A stretch of DNA of 64,000 bases from Octopus sinensis. Taxonomy: Eukaryota. This document shows, piece by piece, positions 35,691 to 48,811 of this stretch (within the stretch, counting starts at the first letter, position 1; each line of letters begins with the position of its first letter). Below the pieces are notes generated by a model. It was given only the letters and a program-made list of their open reading frames with translations, did no database searches and was not told where the DNA came from. Both the position numbers and the translations under genes were made by a program. The stretch lies in assembly GCF_006345805.1 (NCBI RefSeq), contig NC_043014.1, forward strand, positions 10,168,001 to 10,232,000, written 5' to 3'.

Positions 35691-35830
35691 ATGTGTGTGA
35701 ATAACTGTGTACGTATATACATACAAATACATGATTGATTGATTGATTGATTCTAGTTTCAGCTCATGAGCTGTAGCCATGCTGGGGAACCGCCATTTGC
35801 ATATATAAGTATACATGTTTTTTTTTATTT

Positions 35831-36135
35831 ATGCGCCCTTTTCAAGCCTAGCCAGGCTCATGGTCCCGGTTTCCCGGTTTCTGTGGCGTATGTGTCCCCC
35901 CCCCGCCCACAGCTGAACGGGATGCCAGTCGATCGCAGCGTTACTCGAGACACAGGCAGAGAGGGTGAGAGGAGTTTGGGGCGAAAGAGTACAACAGGGA
36001 TCGCCACCACCCCCTGCCTGATCCTGGTGGAGCTTTAGGTGTTTTCGCTCAATAAACACACACAACACCTGGTCTGGGAATCGAAATCGCGATCCTCCGT
36101 CCGCGAGTCCGCTGCCCTAATCAGTGTGCCACTGC
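35831..36135 (-). mobile_element. SINE family C, tail type 2
   Basis: Aligns with 13638-13936. Confidence 0.85.
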
Positions 36136-36139
36136 AGCC

Positions 36140-36380
36140 TTTTAAAGCCTAGCCAGGCTTATGGGCCTGGTTTCCCGGTTTCAATGGCGTATGTGTTTCC
36201 TAGCTGGACGGGGCACCAGTCCATCGCAGAGTTACTCATTTTTTCCAGCTGAGTGGACTGGAGCAACTGAAATGAAGTGTTTTGCTCAAGAACACAACGC
36301 GTCGCCCGGTCCAAGAATCGAAACCACAATCTTACGATCATGATGCCGACACCCGAAACACTATGTCACTCGCCTCCACA
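36140..36380 (-). mobile_element. SINE family D
   Basis: tRNA-like head, GTTGTGTTCTTGAGCAAAACACTTCATTTC core and type-2 tail. Confidence 0.8.
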
Positions 36381-36414
36381 TAAGATTACATATATACATA
36401 TATATAAGTGTATT

Positions 36415-36459
<45 letters not shown>

Positions 36460-37037
36460 GTGTGTGTGTGTAATATGAATATGTATATGCATGCATGCAT
36501 ATTTGTGCATTTTTTAGGTGTGCATACGAGTCTGTCCGATTAACTATTCTTTATAACATCGCAAATGAAATGATGGCGACGGTACAAAAAACGATAAATC
36601 ATTCCCTACATGAAAACACCATTAACGCGTGCGTAACTTTACCAGCGCTGCATCAATATCCGTATGAATTACGAGAGTCTTCTCTCTCACACCGTGTGTA
36701 GATATACGAATGTAGGTGTGCGTACGTGTGTGTGAGTGCGTGTGTCTCTGTGTGTGTGTGTATTTGTGTGCGGCTGTGTAATTTATATATATACATACAT
36801 GTACGTATGTGCTTGTGCGTATGTTTCTGTGTCTGTGTTTGTCCCCCCACCATTGCTCGATGTCCAAGCTTTCATCGGGCTCCCTCTCTCTATATATAGT
36901 TACTTAAACTGGAATATATTTCATTTCTATAGAAAGCCCTTCATTCTATAACCCATAACACTCTTTCTCCTTTGACACTGTCTAAAATTTAGTTTATTTC
37001 TAGATAATGATTAGTAAAAGGTAGTTTTCTATCGTAG

Positions 37038-37387
37038 TACTCTTTTACTCTTTTACTTGTTTCAGTCATTTGACAGCGGTCATGCTGGAGTACCACCTTT
37101 AGTCGAGCAAATCAACCCCAGGATTTATTCTTTGTAAGTCTAGTATTTATTCTATCGGTCCTTTCCGAACCGCTAAGTTACGAGGACGTAAACACACCAG
37201 CATCGGTTGTCAAGCGATGTTGGGAGGACTAACGCAGACACACAGTTTCCGTCTACCAAATCTACTCACAAGGATTTGGTCGGCCAGAGGTTATAGTAGA
37301 AGGCACTTGCCCAACGTGCCACGCAGTAACACTGAACCTGGAACCATGTTGTTGGTAAGCAAACTACTTACCACACAGCCACTTCTG
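37038..37387 (-). mobile_element. SINE family A lacking the central microsatellite
   Basis: Both halves are present and joined at CAGACACA|CAGTTTCCG. Confidence 0.85.
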
Positions 37388-37440
37388 TTTCATAGTAGTT
37401 AAGTTATAGATCTTAAAATCTTAGAACCGCTTATAATACG

Positions 37441-37503
37441 AATGCTGATGAATTTCTGTTTAAAAGAGTTATTATTTCAAGAACCAGAAACGAAAATTTC
37501 ATT
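37441..37503 (+). ncRNA. Candidate minimal type I hammerhead ribozyme
   Basis: AAUG-CUGAUGA-A UUUCUG...CAGAAA C-GAAA-AUUU/CAUU: 4-bp helix I, intact core, 6-bp helix II with an A.C mismatch at its base, AAUU palindrome. Confidence 0.4.
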
Positions 37504-38109
37504 AAATAAAATGATGGTGGTAATTTTCATTCACACAGGAGTAAAAATAATTAGCTACATCGATCTAGGGTAAAACATTACACTCCCTCATTGCCTTGAG
37601 CTAAACAAGTAATCAACTGCCAAATTACATTGATGCAGATGGAAGAACTTATCCAAAGGGAAAAAATAATACCGAACCGTGTCTCTTCAATCATAAGTAC
37701 ACATGCTTTTAGATAGATGTCTAATTACGTACTTAAATGAACGTGTCAAGAAATCTTTAGAAATGAATGAAATAACTTTTCTACTCTCAGATGGTATACA
37801 CATACAATATAGCTGTAGGCGGAATTGTTAATGCAGAAAGTGCGTTTTTAATATCCCTATGAAGACAGAATAATTGGGTTCTTCTGAATAACATATTTCA
37901 TGCGGAAATTTCAAATTAAGGTCAATAATATGATCTGCCCACCTCCCTAGCACTTCAAATAATCAGTGGTCCTTAATGCGTTTGTCATAACGGAAAACTT
38001 TTATTATTTAAACGAATCTCATTTCTCCTACTTTCGTGAAAAAAATAATCGTTTAATTTCATGCCATGGAATATTTTAAAGAAAAAAAAAGTTTATATCG
38101 ATTTCCTCA

Positions 38110-38146
<37 letters not shown>

Positions 38147-38501
38147 GTAAGCAACAGGTTACTTAGCCACATACCGAAAATTTAGAAATAGCAGTCAAAA
38201 ACTGCTTATTTCTATACACATAACATATACATGTAAAAAGAAGGAAAAATAGCGAAAACAAAGTCTTCGGTGAGTTACGGACGGTTTTTGGCTGATATTT
38301 CTAAATTTTCCTGCGAGAACAGACTGACTAAACGACCAGAAATGTTAACGTTCGGAGTGAGATGGGGGAGAATGTAGGCGTTAATCGCAGGAACTCTTAA
38401 GGTGTCATTTCGGAAGCTGTCTGAATATTGTCCTTTCGTGCGTATATAGTCCGTGGAGAGTTTGTTGGATTGTTACGTTGTTACTCTGCTTCGTTATATA
38501 G

Positions 38502-38848
38502 CTTAGTGTTCGGAGACCCCCTTCGGTCACGACACAGACCATGGGATTGCACCTAGAAAGTTACCCTCCTAGACACAAGTCCGGGCGAGGTTGTTTATGG
38601 AAGACCAGCAGTCGCCCATGCATACCAGCCTCCCTTCTCCTCACCACTGATGTTATCCAAGGGAAAGGCAAAGGGGCCGATACAGCTTGGCACCTGTGAC
38701 GTCGCAACTCATTTCTACAGCTGAGTAAACTGGAGCAACGTGAAATAAAGTGCCTTGCTCAAGAACACAACACGCAGCCCGGTCCGGGATTCGAGCTCAC
38801 AACCTCACGATCGTAAGCTCGACGCTCTAACCACTCAGCCATGCGCAT
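38502..38848 (-). mobile_element. SINE (D-like core, different tail) inserted in the Gypsy 5' LTR
   Basis: Minus-strand head GCGCATGGCTGAGTGGTTAGAGCG...GTTCGAATCCC-like and core GTTGTGTTCTTGAGCAAGGCAC. Confidence 0.8.
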
Positions 38849-40630
38849 ACACATTAATTATTGTTACTACACCGTTATAGAGTGAAACAAAGTACCGTCA
38901 TAACAATGGGCAGAGCAACAATACTGGCGACGATGTTTCGAAGATCATGGAGGATAATAAACAAATTTTTGTGACACAAAATTATTAATTATGGAAGACT
39001 TATTAGCTTCTATTGCAACAGTAACAGCACGAACAGCAACAGGAGTTGCAGAACAACTTGAAGATCAACAACTACAACAAAACCAGTTGTAGTGCCAAAG
39101 CACTGGGGTAGAAAGGGCTCCTTAGCCGTAGTGAAGGCAATCTATCTAGGGAGATAACCTTACAATAAATCACTGGGTCCGTAGCTTAGAAATACAGGGT
39201 TAACGTCCAGCGGGAACAGCTTTGTTTCATGGAGGAGGAAAGATCTTCTTTAGTACTTGGTTGTACAATGCTTTCCAATGTGTGTAGTAGTGGCACGCGC
39301 ACACATTAGCCATTTGAAAAGACTATGAAAGTCTCGACCACGGTCGAACAATGATGATGATGATGATGCCAAAGCAACAACAGAATCAGTCGAACAACAG
39401 TACTCAAGGGTCAGCCAGCAGTTGATGGAATTTATAAGGAAATTTAGAAACGCTTCAAGTTAGTTTTCACCAGACGGCGTATCGGACTCTCAAATTGAAT
39501 TCAGTTATAACCCAGAAGAGGGTATAACGCTTGCCGTATAGTTCAGAAGGTACGAAGAAATCTCCAAGGAAGATTGCAAATTGTGGACGGACGAAGAAAA
39601 AGTAAAAATATTATTACGTAAATTAACTCCGTGAGAACATGAGGAATATTGTAATTTTATACTACCCCCAAAAAACTAGTGAAATTTATTTCCAGGAAAC
39701 AGTCAAATTACTATGAAATACGTTCAGTAATAGGGGTTCCCTATATTACATTCGATGGGAGTGTTGAAATCTAGTTAAAAAAAGGATGAAGACTTTGTCA
39801 CGTATGCTGGGACCTAAAAGAGAATGTGCGAAAGATTTAAACTGAAGGAACTCCTGATATGTTTAAGTACCTTAATTTTTGTACAGGCGCTGACGGCAAA
39901 CAAAAATGCGGAGATATGTGCAAGAATCCTCACAAAACTAGAACAAGTGGACCAGAGTTTAACCCTGCATTCAGTAGCAGAGAAGTGTCAAAAAATGGTA
40001 AACTTGCGAGAGGACGTAAAGAAAAATGGAGAGAAGGATTTCTCACAAATACATGCATGTCGACTGGGAAAGAACAAATTTTTAAAATGTTAGGACCAAA
40101 TCCATGCTACGGTTGTGGATGCCTACGTTTCAAAAGACGGGTATGTTACAGTTGCGAAAGAATAGAACACAAGAGCTCACATTGCTGAGCAAAGTTTGGA
40201 AGGTCGAACATGAACAATTTTAAGTTTTCTCAGCGGAAAGTAGAAACGACCCAAAAAAGAGAAAATTTATACATGTAAAAGTAAACGAAGTGAATATTAA
40301 ATTACAACTAGATACTAGTAGCAACATTTCGATTATTGACATCGATACGTGTAAAATAATTGGGAAGCCAACGTTAAGAAAAACATCAAGGTATGACAGT
40401 TGAAAAAACTAAACTTCGTAGGCGAAATGTGGAGCTATATTACAATTCGTGGTAAAACCCGTAGAGCAAAAGTCTTCGTGTTAATATAGGCAAGAAATCT
40501 GTTCCCTACGGACTGGATGCAATTGTTTAATTTATGGGACCTACCCATAAATCTGATCTGTAAAAACATTTGTTGTAACCTGATGCCAGTGACTGTATAA
40601 GATATAACACGTAAATCAGTGTTGGGTAAA

Positions 40631-41136
40631 TCTATATATGTAGATGTGTAGTTGTGTGAGTGTCTGTCCGCTTCGATTTAGATTCCTAACTACTCCCACA
40701 TTTTGCGGTGCAGTTTAACCAAATTCGGGTATCTTATAGTCGTAATTCATATCGAGCCCGTCTGAGTATTAGCGCGCGTCTACGATGAGTCTACGATTTT
40801 AAAAATAATTTAACATCATTTTTTATTCCATTTTAATGCATAATTTTTCGTGTGTCGATGGCGGCGGAGTTGGCGTCCACGCTCACAGCTGCACCTGTGT
40901 TGCTTTTCCCTCTTCTTCCCTCCCTCGTGAAGCTGTGGGGAAGGGAGTGTAAGGAAATCAACATCGTAATGCGTTGTCAAGGAGACCAGCGTTCTTTTAG
41001 AACAACGACTTCATGGCTTGAAGACACCAAAACAGAAATGGCTAAGAAAGCCCGAATTGGCATCTATAGGGGAAGTAATTCTCTAAAAATGCTTATATAG
41101 TTATTTCCCTTACAAACCCGAGCAACGCCGGGCGAT
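40631..41136 (+). mobile_element. Non-autonomous Helitron, copy 2, with a captured insert and clipped 3' end
   Basis: A|TCTATATATG 5' end; body as in the other copies; extra ~220-bp segment at 40850-41070; ends after the hairpin at GGGCGATA without CTAG. Confidence 0.8.
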
Positions 41137-43162
41137 AAAATTGAAGGAAACCTTGAAAAATAAACAAAATGGAAACGCGATGCTCTGTGACGATGTACTA
41201 ATGTAGGCACAAAGAGTCAAGAATGAAAGCCTTGATGATGAGTTAGGTGTTTTAGCCGACAATTGATCGGGACATTGAAAATTTGATGAAATCATGTAGA
41301 GGTTGTGCGCCAGCAGCCAAGGCACCACCGGTGAAAAAACATCCCAGACTGATAGTACGTGGTCCAGATTACATATAGACTACGCTGGACTGGTGAATAG
41401 CGCGTAATACTTGATCAATGTTGATAGCTTTGCCAAATAGCTGGAATTATGTAGGTGCAGTCAACCAACATCGAAGGCAACAATAAAGTTCCAGCACAAA
41501 CCTTTTTCTCGATACAGGGCACGAGTTCAAAGATGTCTGCAAAATGCTTGCAATCGAGCACATATTTACCCCTCCTTACCACCTGAGATCAAATGGGCAA
41601 GTAGAACGATTTGTGGACACTTTTAGGCGACCACTAAAAAAAAATCAAGGAACGAGTTAGGAAATGACGAAACGCTATCTGAATTCTTAAAGGTGTACAG
41701 AATAACGCCCAATCCGAATACCAGTACAGGCAAATTGCTTGTAGAATTAATGTCCACTCGGAAGATAAAATCTGTCTTCGACAAATTGTTGCCAGAGAGA
41801 AAAACGTGTAGAGAAACTACAAAAAATTCAACAAAACGTTTTGATAAGGAAAACAAAGTCCATTTCAAATTATACAAGAACGGTAAAGAAGGTTGGGAGG
41901 GCATGGTGTATTTAATAAAAACTAGACATACAGAAGAAAAAAACCAAATTCCAATGGAAGTATTTTATGACATGTTCGATGTGCCAGTACGAAATGAGAT
42001 TGAGCCTAGAAGGAGCAGGAACAGAAGACGTAAAGAGACTAAGCATTTAGAAATAATTCGTAAACGGAAACGGCATTGAACTCCCTAGGGAATCGAAATT
42101 ACAAAAAGGGAGAGGTGTTGGAAAGAAAAAAATAATAATAAAAATAAAATAAATTAAATTTATTTTCCTACGGAAGTCGAAATCTCATAATGGGAGGTGT
42201 TGTGGCGAGAGTCACGATCCCCCGTGCGAGAATAGACTGACCGAACGACTATAAATAGTAGCGGTCGGAGTGAGATAAGAGGTAGAGTAGGCATTAGACG
42301 AAGGAAGTCTTTAGTTGTCATTTTAGTAGCTGTCGGAATGTCGTTTGTTGGTTTATAGAGAGTTTGTTATATACTTACGCTGTTGTTACCCTGCTTCGTT
42401 ATTTATTTTATTGTTACTACACAATTTTAGTGTAAACAAGAATCGCCATAACAATGGACGATATAATATATACATGCATAATGATTGCCCATACATGTAT
42501 GTATAGAGATGGAAAAATGGAAAAACAGTTTGGGTTGCAAGAATTGTAAGTACAATCAAAACACAAGAGAAATTCTTCTGAAACTTCATAGAAATAATAA
42601 CTAATGTTAAGAATAACATTGACGAAACGTAAACATCGAACTTCTTCCATTTCAAAGAGAAATGAAGAACATACAAACAGAAAAGCAGAATCACATTATA
42701 AAGAGAGATAATGTCAAATATTTGGAAAAGTTCCGAAAACGAATGCAAACAAATATATTGGAATAGCATTCGTTGCGATTATATCGCGAACATCTATCAG
42801 GAAATATATAACAAAATAACTCCACAAGGAAATGAACATATCAAATGTCATCTAACACATTTGGGGGCGAACTGAAGAAAACAACAAGCATAAACAAGAA
42901 AATTGTACAATAAAGGATGAAAAACGGGCAAAGCAACGATATGTAACCAAGATTATGGAACAATCCCAAATGGTGTATTACGCAAACAAGAGAAGAAAAT
43001 GCGCAGATAAAATATAATTCACAGTACAAATAGAAAATTACGAATTATCGCAAACCTACGAATACATATCGCAAAATCCTAGCTACAGAAAAGAGGACTT
43101 AGAAGGTCAGAGAAGGACATAGTGTTACTAACTCATTATAAGGGAATATTTATCTGACTATG

Positions 43163-43399
43163 ATACCTATTTCTTTATTACCCACAAGGGGCTAAACATA
43201 AAGGAGACAAACATGGACAGACATAGGTATTAAGTCGATTATATCGACCCCAGTGCTTAACTGGTACTTAATTTATCGACCCCGAAAGGATGAAGGGCAA
43301 AGTCGACCTCGGCGGAATTTGAACTCACAACGTAACGGCAGCCGAAATACCGCTAAGCATTTCGCCCGACGTGCTAACGATTCTGCCAGCTCGCCGCCT
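43163..43399 (-). mobile_element. SINE family B, monomer with long TSD
   Basis: TATCTGACTATGATACCTA at 43151-43169 and 43400-43418 (partly overlapping the tail). Confidence 0.93.
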
Positions 43400-43449
43400 T
43401 ATCTGACTATGATACCTAATGAATGAAAGAAACTAAGGGAAACCGTAGG

Positions 43450-43800
43450 AAATTTTAATTGTAAATGTCTACTAAGAGTATCGCGAAATTCCCCATTCGT
43501 ATTCTGTGCGTTTGCCACTGCAGGAAACTAGAACTAAAACAGTTACACTTCAATCTCAAGATAGAGCGAATCTCATCTTCATTAACCTAGAGAATATAAT
43601 TCGGGAAAGAACGTCAGTTTGTTGATAAATGTGTTCGTAACGAGTAGATTAACTCCGTGCGCTTTTCCTTATTTCCAGACTAGAAGATCCTGAAATTTTG
43701 AGCTCTCTTTATCCGCTAAATCGTGTTTCTGACAAATCAACCATTTCTATACCAAACCCTTCTCTCTCATGAAATTAGTTACACCTTTGAACGTTTGGAC
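43450..43800 (-). pseudogene. Possible degenerate RTE-type AP-endonuclease N-terminus
   Basis: Minus strand ...IEMVDLSETRFSG*RELK... resembles the (D)IxxLSETR motif; otherwise heavily decayed. Confidence 0.35.
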
Positions 43801-44452
43801 TTTACAAGAGATATAGATTGATTTCTATGTTTTTCGTTTTGTAAACCTCGTCAATGGCTCCACAGAATCGTTTTCCAATTGTATTGACTTCATTGAACGA
43901 TTTGTATCCCACCGTTTCTCTAGACGTTCCCGGAGTGTGTTAGTTGTTGCAATCCCGAGGTAGAATTGCCTGGACATCTGAGAAGGATTTTTGGCTTGGT
44001 GCTAAATACCTACATCCCCACAGCCATGCCATTCAAATCTCCATTGTTCAGGCTTACAACTAACAGCTTCGAGTCTCTCAAACGTGCCCATTTCGCAAAT
44101 TAGTATTCGCCATTGTGCCCTTGAATTTTTAGCATCTTGTTAAATGATTTCGCCTCAGATTTAGATTCCCATTGCCTTGGCCCTCATAGCCATAGCATGG
44201 AGAATAAAAAGAGATGTGATATTTGGAGTACCATGCCTTTTTAATATATAGATGGGAACAATGTTTATTTAAATATGTTCTTTATTAAATTTGAAACAAC
44301 ATCTTCATAAGTTACTGAACTCCGTTTTTACATCCAATAGCTCTAACTACTTGTCTACTGCACCCTGGTATATGCTGACGGTTGATTGTGAAATCACTCT
44401 ATCACAACTGAACGGTATATTAACATATGCATACAGGCATATGCACACGCAC

Positions 44453-44491
<39 letters not shown>

Positions 44492-45360
44492 CAAATATAC
44501 ACATACATATATACATTCATACATACAAACATATATATATGCATACATAAAATATACTAGATGTTGAGCGCTGAAACAGCAACGTTTTCTTCTTGTTGCC
44601 TTAATTGAATATTTTTCTTATGATTAGGAAATTTTTTTTTGCGATTATTCATATATCTAATCAATGCTATTGGTCAATAATTAATATTACTCTAATTAAG
44701 TATACAAAGAAACAGAAAGAAAAGCTACCATGTTATATAACAATACAAGCAGTATTATTAATTAGCTCATTTAAGTATATAATAAACAAAGGCGAAAGCG
44801 ATCTTTGATATTCTGACGCTACAAATTAGAGAAGATAGAGATACCTCGGTGCAATAAGTTTGTTTGTCTGTTTATACTGAGGGAAAATTGGACGGTTGTA
44901 TAGGCAGGTCGTTATTAAAACCCTGAGGCTATTGTTTGAGAGTGGTTGTGGTTAATAGAGTCCAGCTATAATTGTCTCTTCTCTGAAAGCCTGTCACGTT
45001 CACAGACATCGCAGTTTTCGAAGTGCAGTTGCATCACTTTCGAATGTGCCGACGGACCTAGATGGGATGGTTGGGTGTCTGGCTGACTGGCTGGCTGGCT
45101 GGCTGCCTGCCTGACTGGTTGGCTTTCCGGTTAGCTTAGTGACTATGCGATTGGCCGGTACGAAATTGCCGAGACATCAGCGGGAATGTCTCAGGTGCTA
45201 GGACGATAATAATAGCAAGTTAAATATACTCACAGACTGGGAAAATCATTCAACTATCAAAGAAGGTGAATTTAATCGTTGAAGTTTTTAAAGCACACAC
45301 AGATTTAAGTCAGGTGTGTGTATGAGCGTGTGTGTGTGTGTATGTGTGTGTGTGTGTGTG

Positions 45361-45391
<31 letters not shown>

Positions 45392-45739
45392 GTGTGTGTG
45401 TATGTGTCTGTGTGTTATTAGAGAGGTGGGATACAGCTAAACCATGGATTTCCTGGACATGATACGTAATATTCGAGGAAAATTATATGATAATATTGGT
45501 TTTCCTTCTTAGAGGAGAGGCTACGTTGAGAATATTGACTCCAGTGCTTAACTGGTGCTACGTTGAGTATATTGACTCCAGTGCTTAACTGGTGCTTATA
45601 TAAGCGAACTCAAAGCAGACATAATAAAATCAACTTCGGCGGAATTTGAACTCAGAACGCAATCAATCGGAAGAAACACTACAAATCATTTTTTTCGTCC
45701 ACTAGGATAATAATTGTAGTGCTTGACTCAGAACATACG

Positions 45740-45789
<50 letters not shown>

Positions 45790-46244
45790 CTTTCTCTATC
45801 CCCTCTCTCTCGTCGTACATACATAATTTACAATGAATATTGATCCGTCTAAAATTTTCGCTGACAAATTTTGATGAGGGAATCCATTTCTCCTTTGAAA
45901 TTTTAAGGAGGTTTTTCTTTCTCTAGCATTGTATTTAAATTTAGCTTTGATATCTGTTATCTTAGATGTGTATACGTCCATTAAAACACAATGGATGACG
46001 ATTTTAAAACAACATAATCTTTATTGTAATAAATTAGTATTATCCCGTTCAATTCTAACAATTTAAATACTTTTTTTATCTTAATGGCGACAAAAGTCAG
46101 ATTTTGAATGATTAGGAATTTATTTTGCCTATACATGTCTCAGAGTTAAAAATCACAGTACCACGATTTTGATAAATACTTACTAATATCGGCATATGTT
46201 AATTAATGCTATATGAGTGGAATTTGGTAGATAGGATAGAATTT

Positions 46245-46469
46245 TGATCTTTTCAATTGTATTCACCTCAATAGACGTCATTGATTGGTTGAAATTGCCG
46301 AAATTCAATAAATTAAACAACAAATAGCTTACAAACTACAGAATTTTCTCAAGAAAGCCAAGAGAAAAAGATGTTTTATGTAACACATTCTACCAGTATA
46401 CGAAGTTTAAAAGTGTTTAGTTACAAAGAAATTATTTTTTAAATCTGCCAGTCAAAGCGAAAAGATCCT
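46245..46469. mobile_element. Unclassified DNA-transposon-like repeat, copy 2 (inverted relative to 852-1165)
   Basis: Reverse-complement similarity by eye. Confidence 0.45.
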
Positions 46470-46660
46470 AGAATTTTAATAATTTCAACCATGTGTATGT
46501 TCACAGAAATGTTTTAAAATGTTTAATATTCGCATGAATTAATATAATTAACTCCCCTAATATAACAGTCGAGATATTATGAAATCGGCAATGGAAAACA
46601 ATTTAATCTGCCAACTAGTTTAATATTAATGTGATCGATATGCTACAATTACTCAGCAAT

Positions 46661-46898
46661 TTGCTCCTTAATCCGTGAAGAGATTGTGAATTCCCGACAC
46701 GCCACTAGTGGCAAATATGTCTAGCATTTGTCACCTCTGAAAACGGTATTAATCATCGACTAATCATGCTATAACTTTCGTTTGCTATAAAAATGAATAT
46801 GCAATATATGTTTTAAATGATAAAGAACAAATATTGTTTCTACTTTTTTTCAACCGTGCAAAGCAAATGGAATTTGACGATGTTTCGTTAGGTCACTT
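46661..46898 (+). repeat. ~235-bp dispersed repeat, copy 1
   Basis: Direct repeat of 50687-50918; contains the palindrome GCCACTAGTGGC. Confidence 0.85.
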
Positions 46899-47084
46899 AA
46901 TAACGAGTAACCGATGAATGCATAAACGATAAACACGCGATTCACAATATTTGCCGACGTTTTTTTTTTTTTCTAGAATCGATATTGCATTTCCGATATC
47001 TCAAACTTGGATCTATTCCTGAGTTTGAGTAATAGAACCCAAAACTACATTTTGTAATGAGCGTCATAAAGCTAGTTCTGCTTA

Positions 47085-47478
47085 TCTTTATATATAAAAG
47101 AGAGGTTGTATGCTGTCTGTCTCCTACGATTTAGATTCCTAACTACTCCCACATTTTACGGTGCAGTTTAACCAAAACCGGGTATCTTATAGTTGTGATT
47201 CATATCGAGCCCTTCTGGGTATTAGCGCGCGTCTACGATGAGTATACGATTAAAAAAAAAATTAACATCAATTTTTCCCATTTTTAATGCATTTTTGGCT
47301 TATATAAGGGAAGTAACTCTCTAAAAATTTATTATTAAATCTCAGAACGTAAAAAGCTACAGTAACCCCCCCCTTTGTGGTTAGCCATATTGAGATGGCT
47401 ATTATACTTTACATCTCTAAAAATGCTTATATAGTTATTTCCCTTACAAACCTGAGCAACGCCGGGCGATACTACTAG
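47085..47478 (+). mobile_element. Non-autonomous Helitron, copy 3
   Basis: A|TCTTTATATATAAAAG ... CCTGAGCAACGCCGGG ... CTAG|T. Confidence 0.88.
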
Positions 47479-47949
47479 TTGTTTATAGATGGAAAAGAGG
47501 TACAAATATCAGAGCATATCTACTGGAATCTCCTCTGTTGTAATTGAGCTTCTACGTTACTTTGACAACTCCAAAGTCTTCTAAATCTACAATCGTACTT
47601 GTAAAATTATTATCTCACTTGAGTGCCATCTAATGTTTATCGTTATTCAGGTCGCGACATTTCAAATTTTACTTTTTTTTTTTTAAATCTACGACTGTTT
47701 ATCTCCCTGGTATCATCTTGTGATTCGCAAATATTTTCAGACCATTGTTGTTAACGAGTGGAATACTTTTAAGATTGGCAAAAAGATCGAAAAACCATTT
47801 TTAGCTCTACCAACATATTCATATCCAACTACTTGTAGAGCGATCTCTCCTCCGCCTGTCTTGCGTGCGGCAGTTTACGCTCGGATGCGTAATGTCGGAT
47901 GAAAGTATGTGATATACATATCGCTGAAAAAAAATTAGGATTTTTTTCT

Positions 47950-48160
47950 CTTCTTTCTTTTGCGTTTTCCTAATTTTAGGTCTCCTTTCTTTGAGATTAT
48001 TCATTCTAAAGAGAAAAAAAAACGAGCCTATTTCTGTTTTATTTGCATTGATTTCATAAATGGTATGTGAATCCTTCTGGAATAGTTTCTCGATAATATT
48101 GCACTCGTATTCCAAACACTGTTCTTTCGCTTGATTGCAGTTCCTTCTTATCATTTATTG
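47950..48160 (-). pseudogene. Possible RTE ORF linker fragment
   Basis: IRRNCNQAKEQCLEYECNIIEKLFQKDSHTIY resembles the region between RTE endonuclease and RT. Confidence 0.35.
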
Positions 48161-48811
48161 AGATCTTTGATGTGTTTCTAGTCAATAGCTTTTTCATTCA
48201 TTTTCTCGTGAGACGTTTCATCTCAGTGACTAACATTTATATATTACTTAATACCTCAGTGCTATTTCATTAACCCTTGAAATGTTTATATACTCTTTGA
48301 GGCTTATCAACCACAGTTGATAGATCACGTGGCACTGCATATGCATTTCTAGCTTTCATTGTGTAATTTCCACTGATGTGAAAACAATATGTATGTTCGA
48401 TTTTGGTAAAACTTAGGGTATTTTGAGGTGTTTTAAATTTCCCAGTATTAGGTTGTTAGCTTTGCTTAAATTTACTCTTGGATGTGAAAGGTACGTTTTA
48501 ATCTAGATGCAATGCATCTGTTTCAAATTAGATATTCTATGATTTCCCAACGCTATTTTCATCATAAACGTTAGATATTGGAAAGTAAGAATTGCCACAA
48601 AGAATTTATTTGCATTTATCCATTCTATCCCCTATGCTATTGAAATTGCGTACGTCATAAGAATCTACTATGCGCTTTTTTTTTTACCTTCTACCACCGG
48701 CGTATTTCAATGTCATTCAAGTACTTCGTACTTATGAATCAGTGATGGTTTATTTAATTGATTTTAGGTGATCAAGAACAGTCCATTTTAATTATACGAA
48801 TTTTAATATAC

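Larger units (their letters stand above)
38312..42470 (+). mobile_element. Degenerate Gypsy (Mag/K02A2.6-like) LTR retrotransposon lacking RT/RNase H
   Basis: Partial 5' LTR at 38312-38920 (SINE-interrupted) and PBS TGGCGACGA at 38925-38933. gag with CCHC CYSCERIEHKSSHC at 40144-40185; protease LQLDTSSNISII at about 40300-40340. Integrase (SCRGC; WSRLHIDYAG; PPYHLRSNGQVERFVDTF) at 41230-41650. PPT-like purine tract and 3' LTR from TGTTG 42198 to about 42470 (TATAAATA at 42250). Confidence 0.85.
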
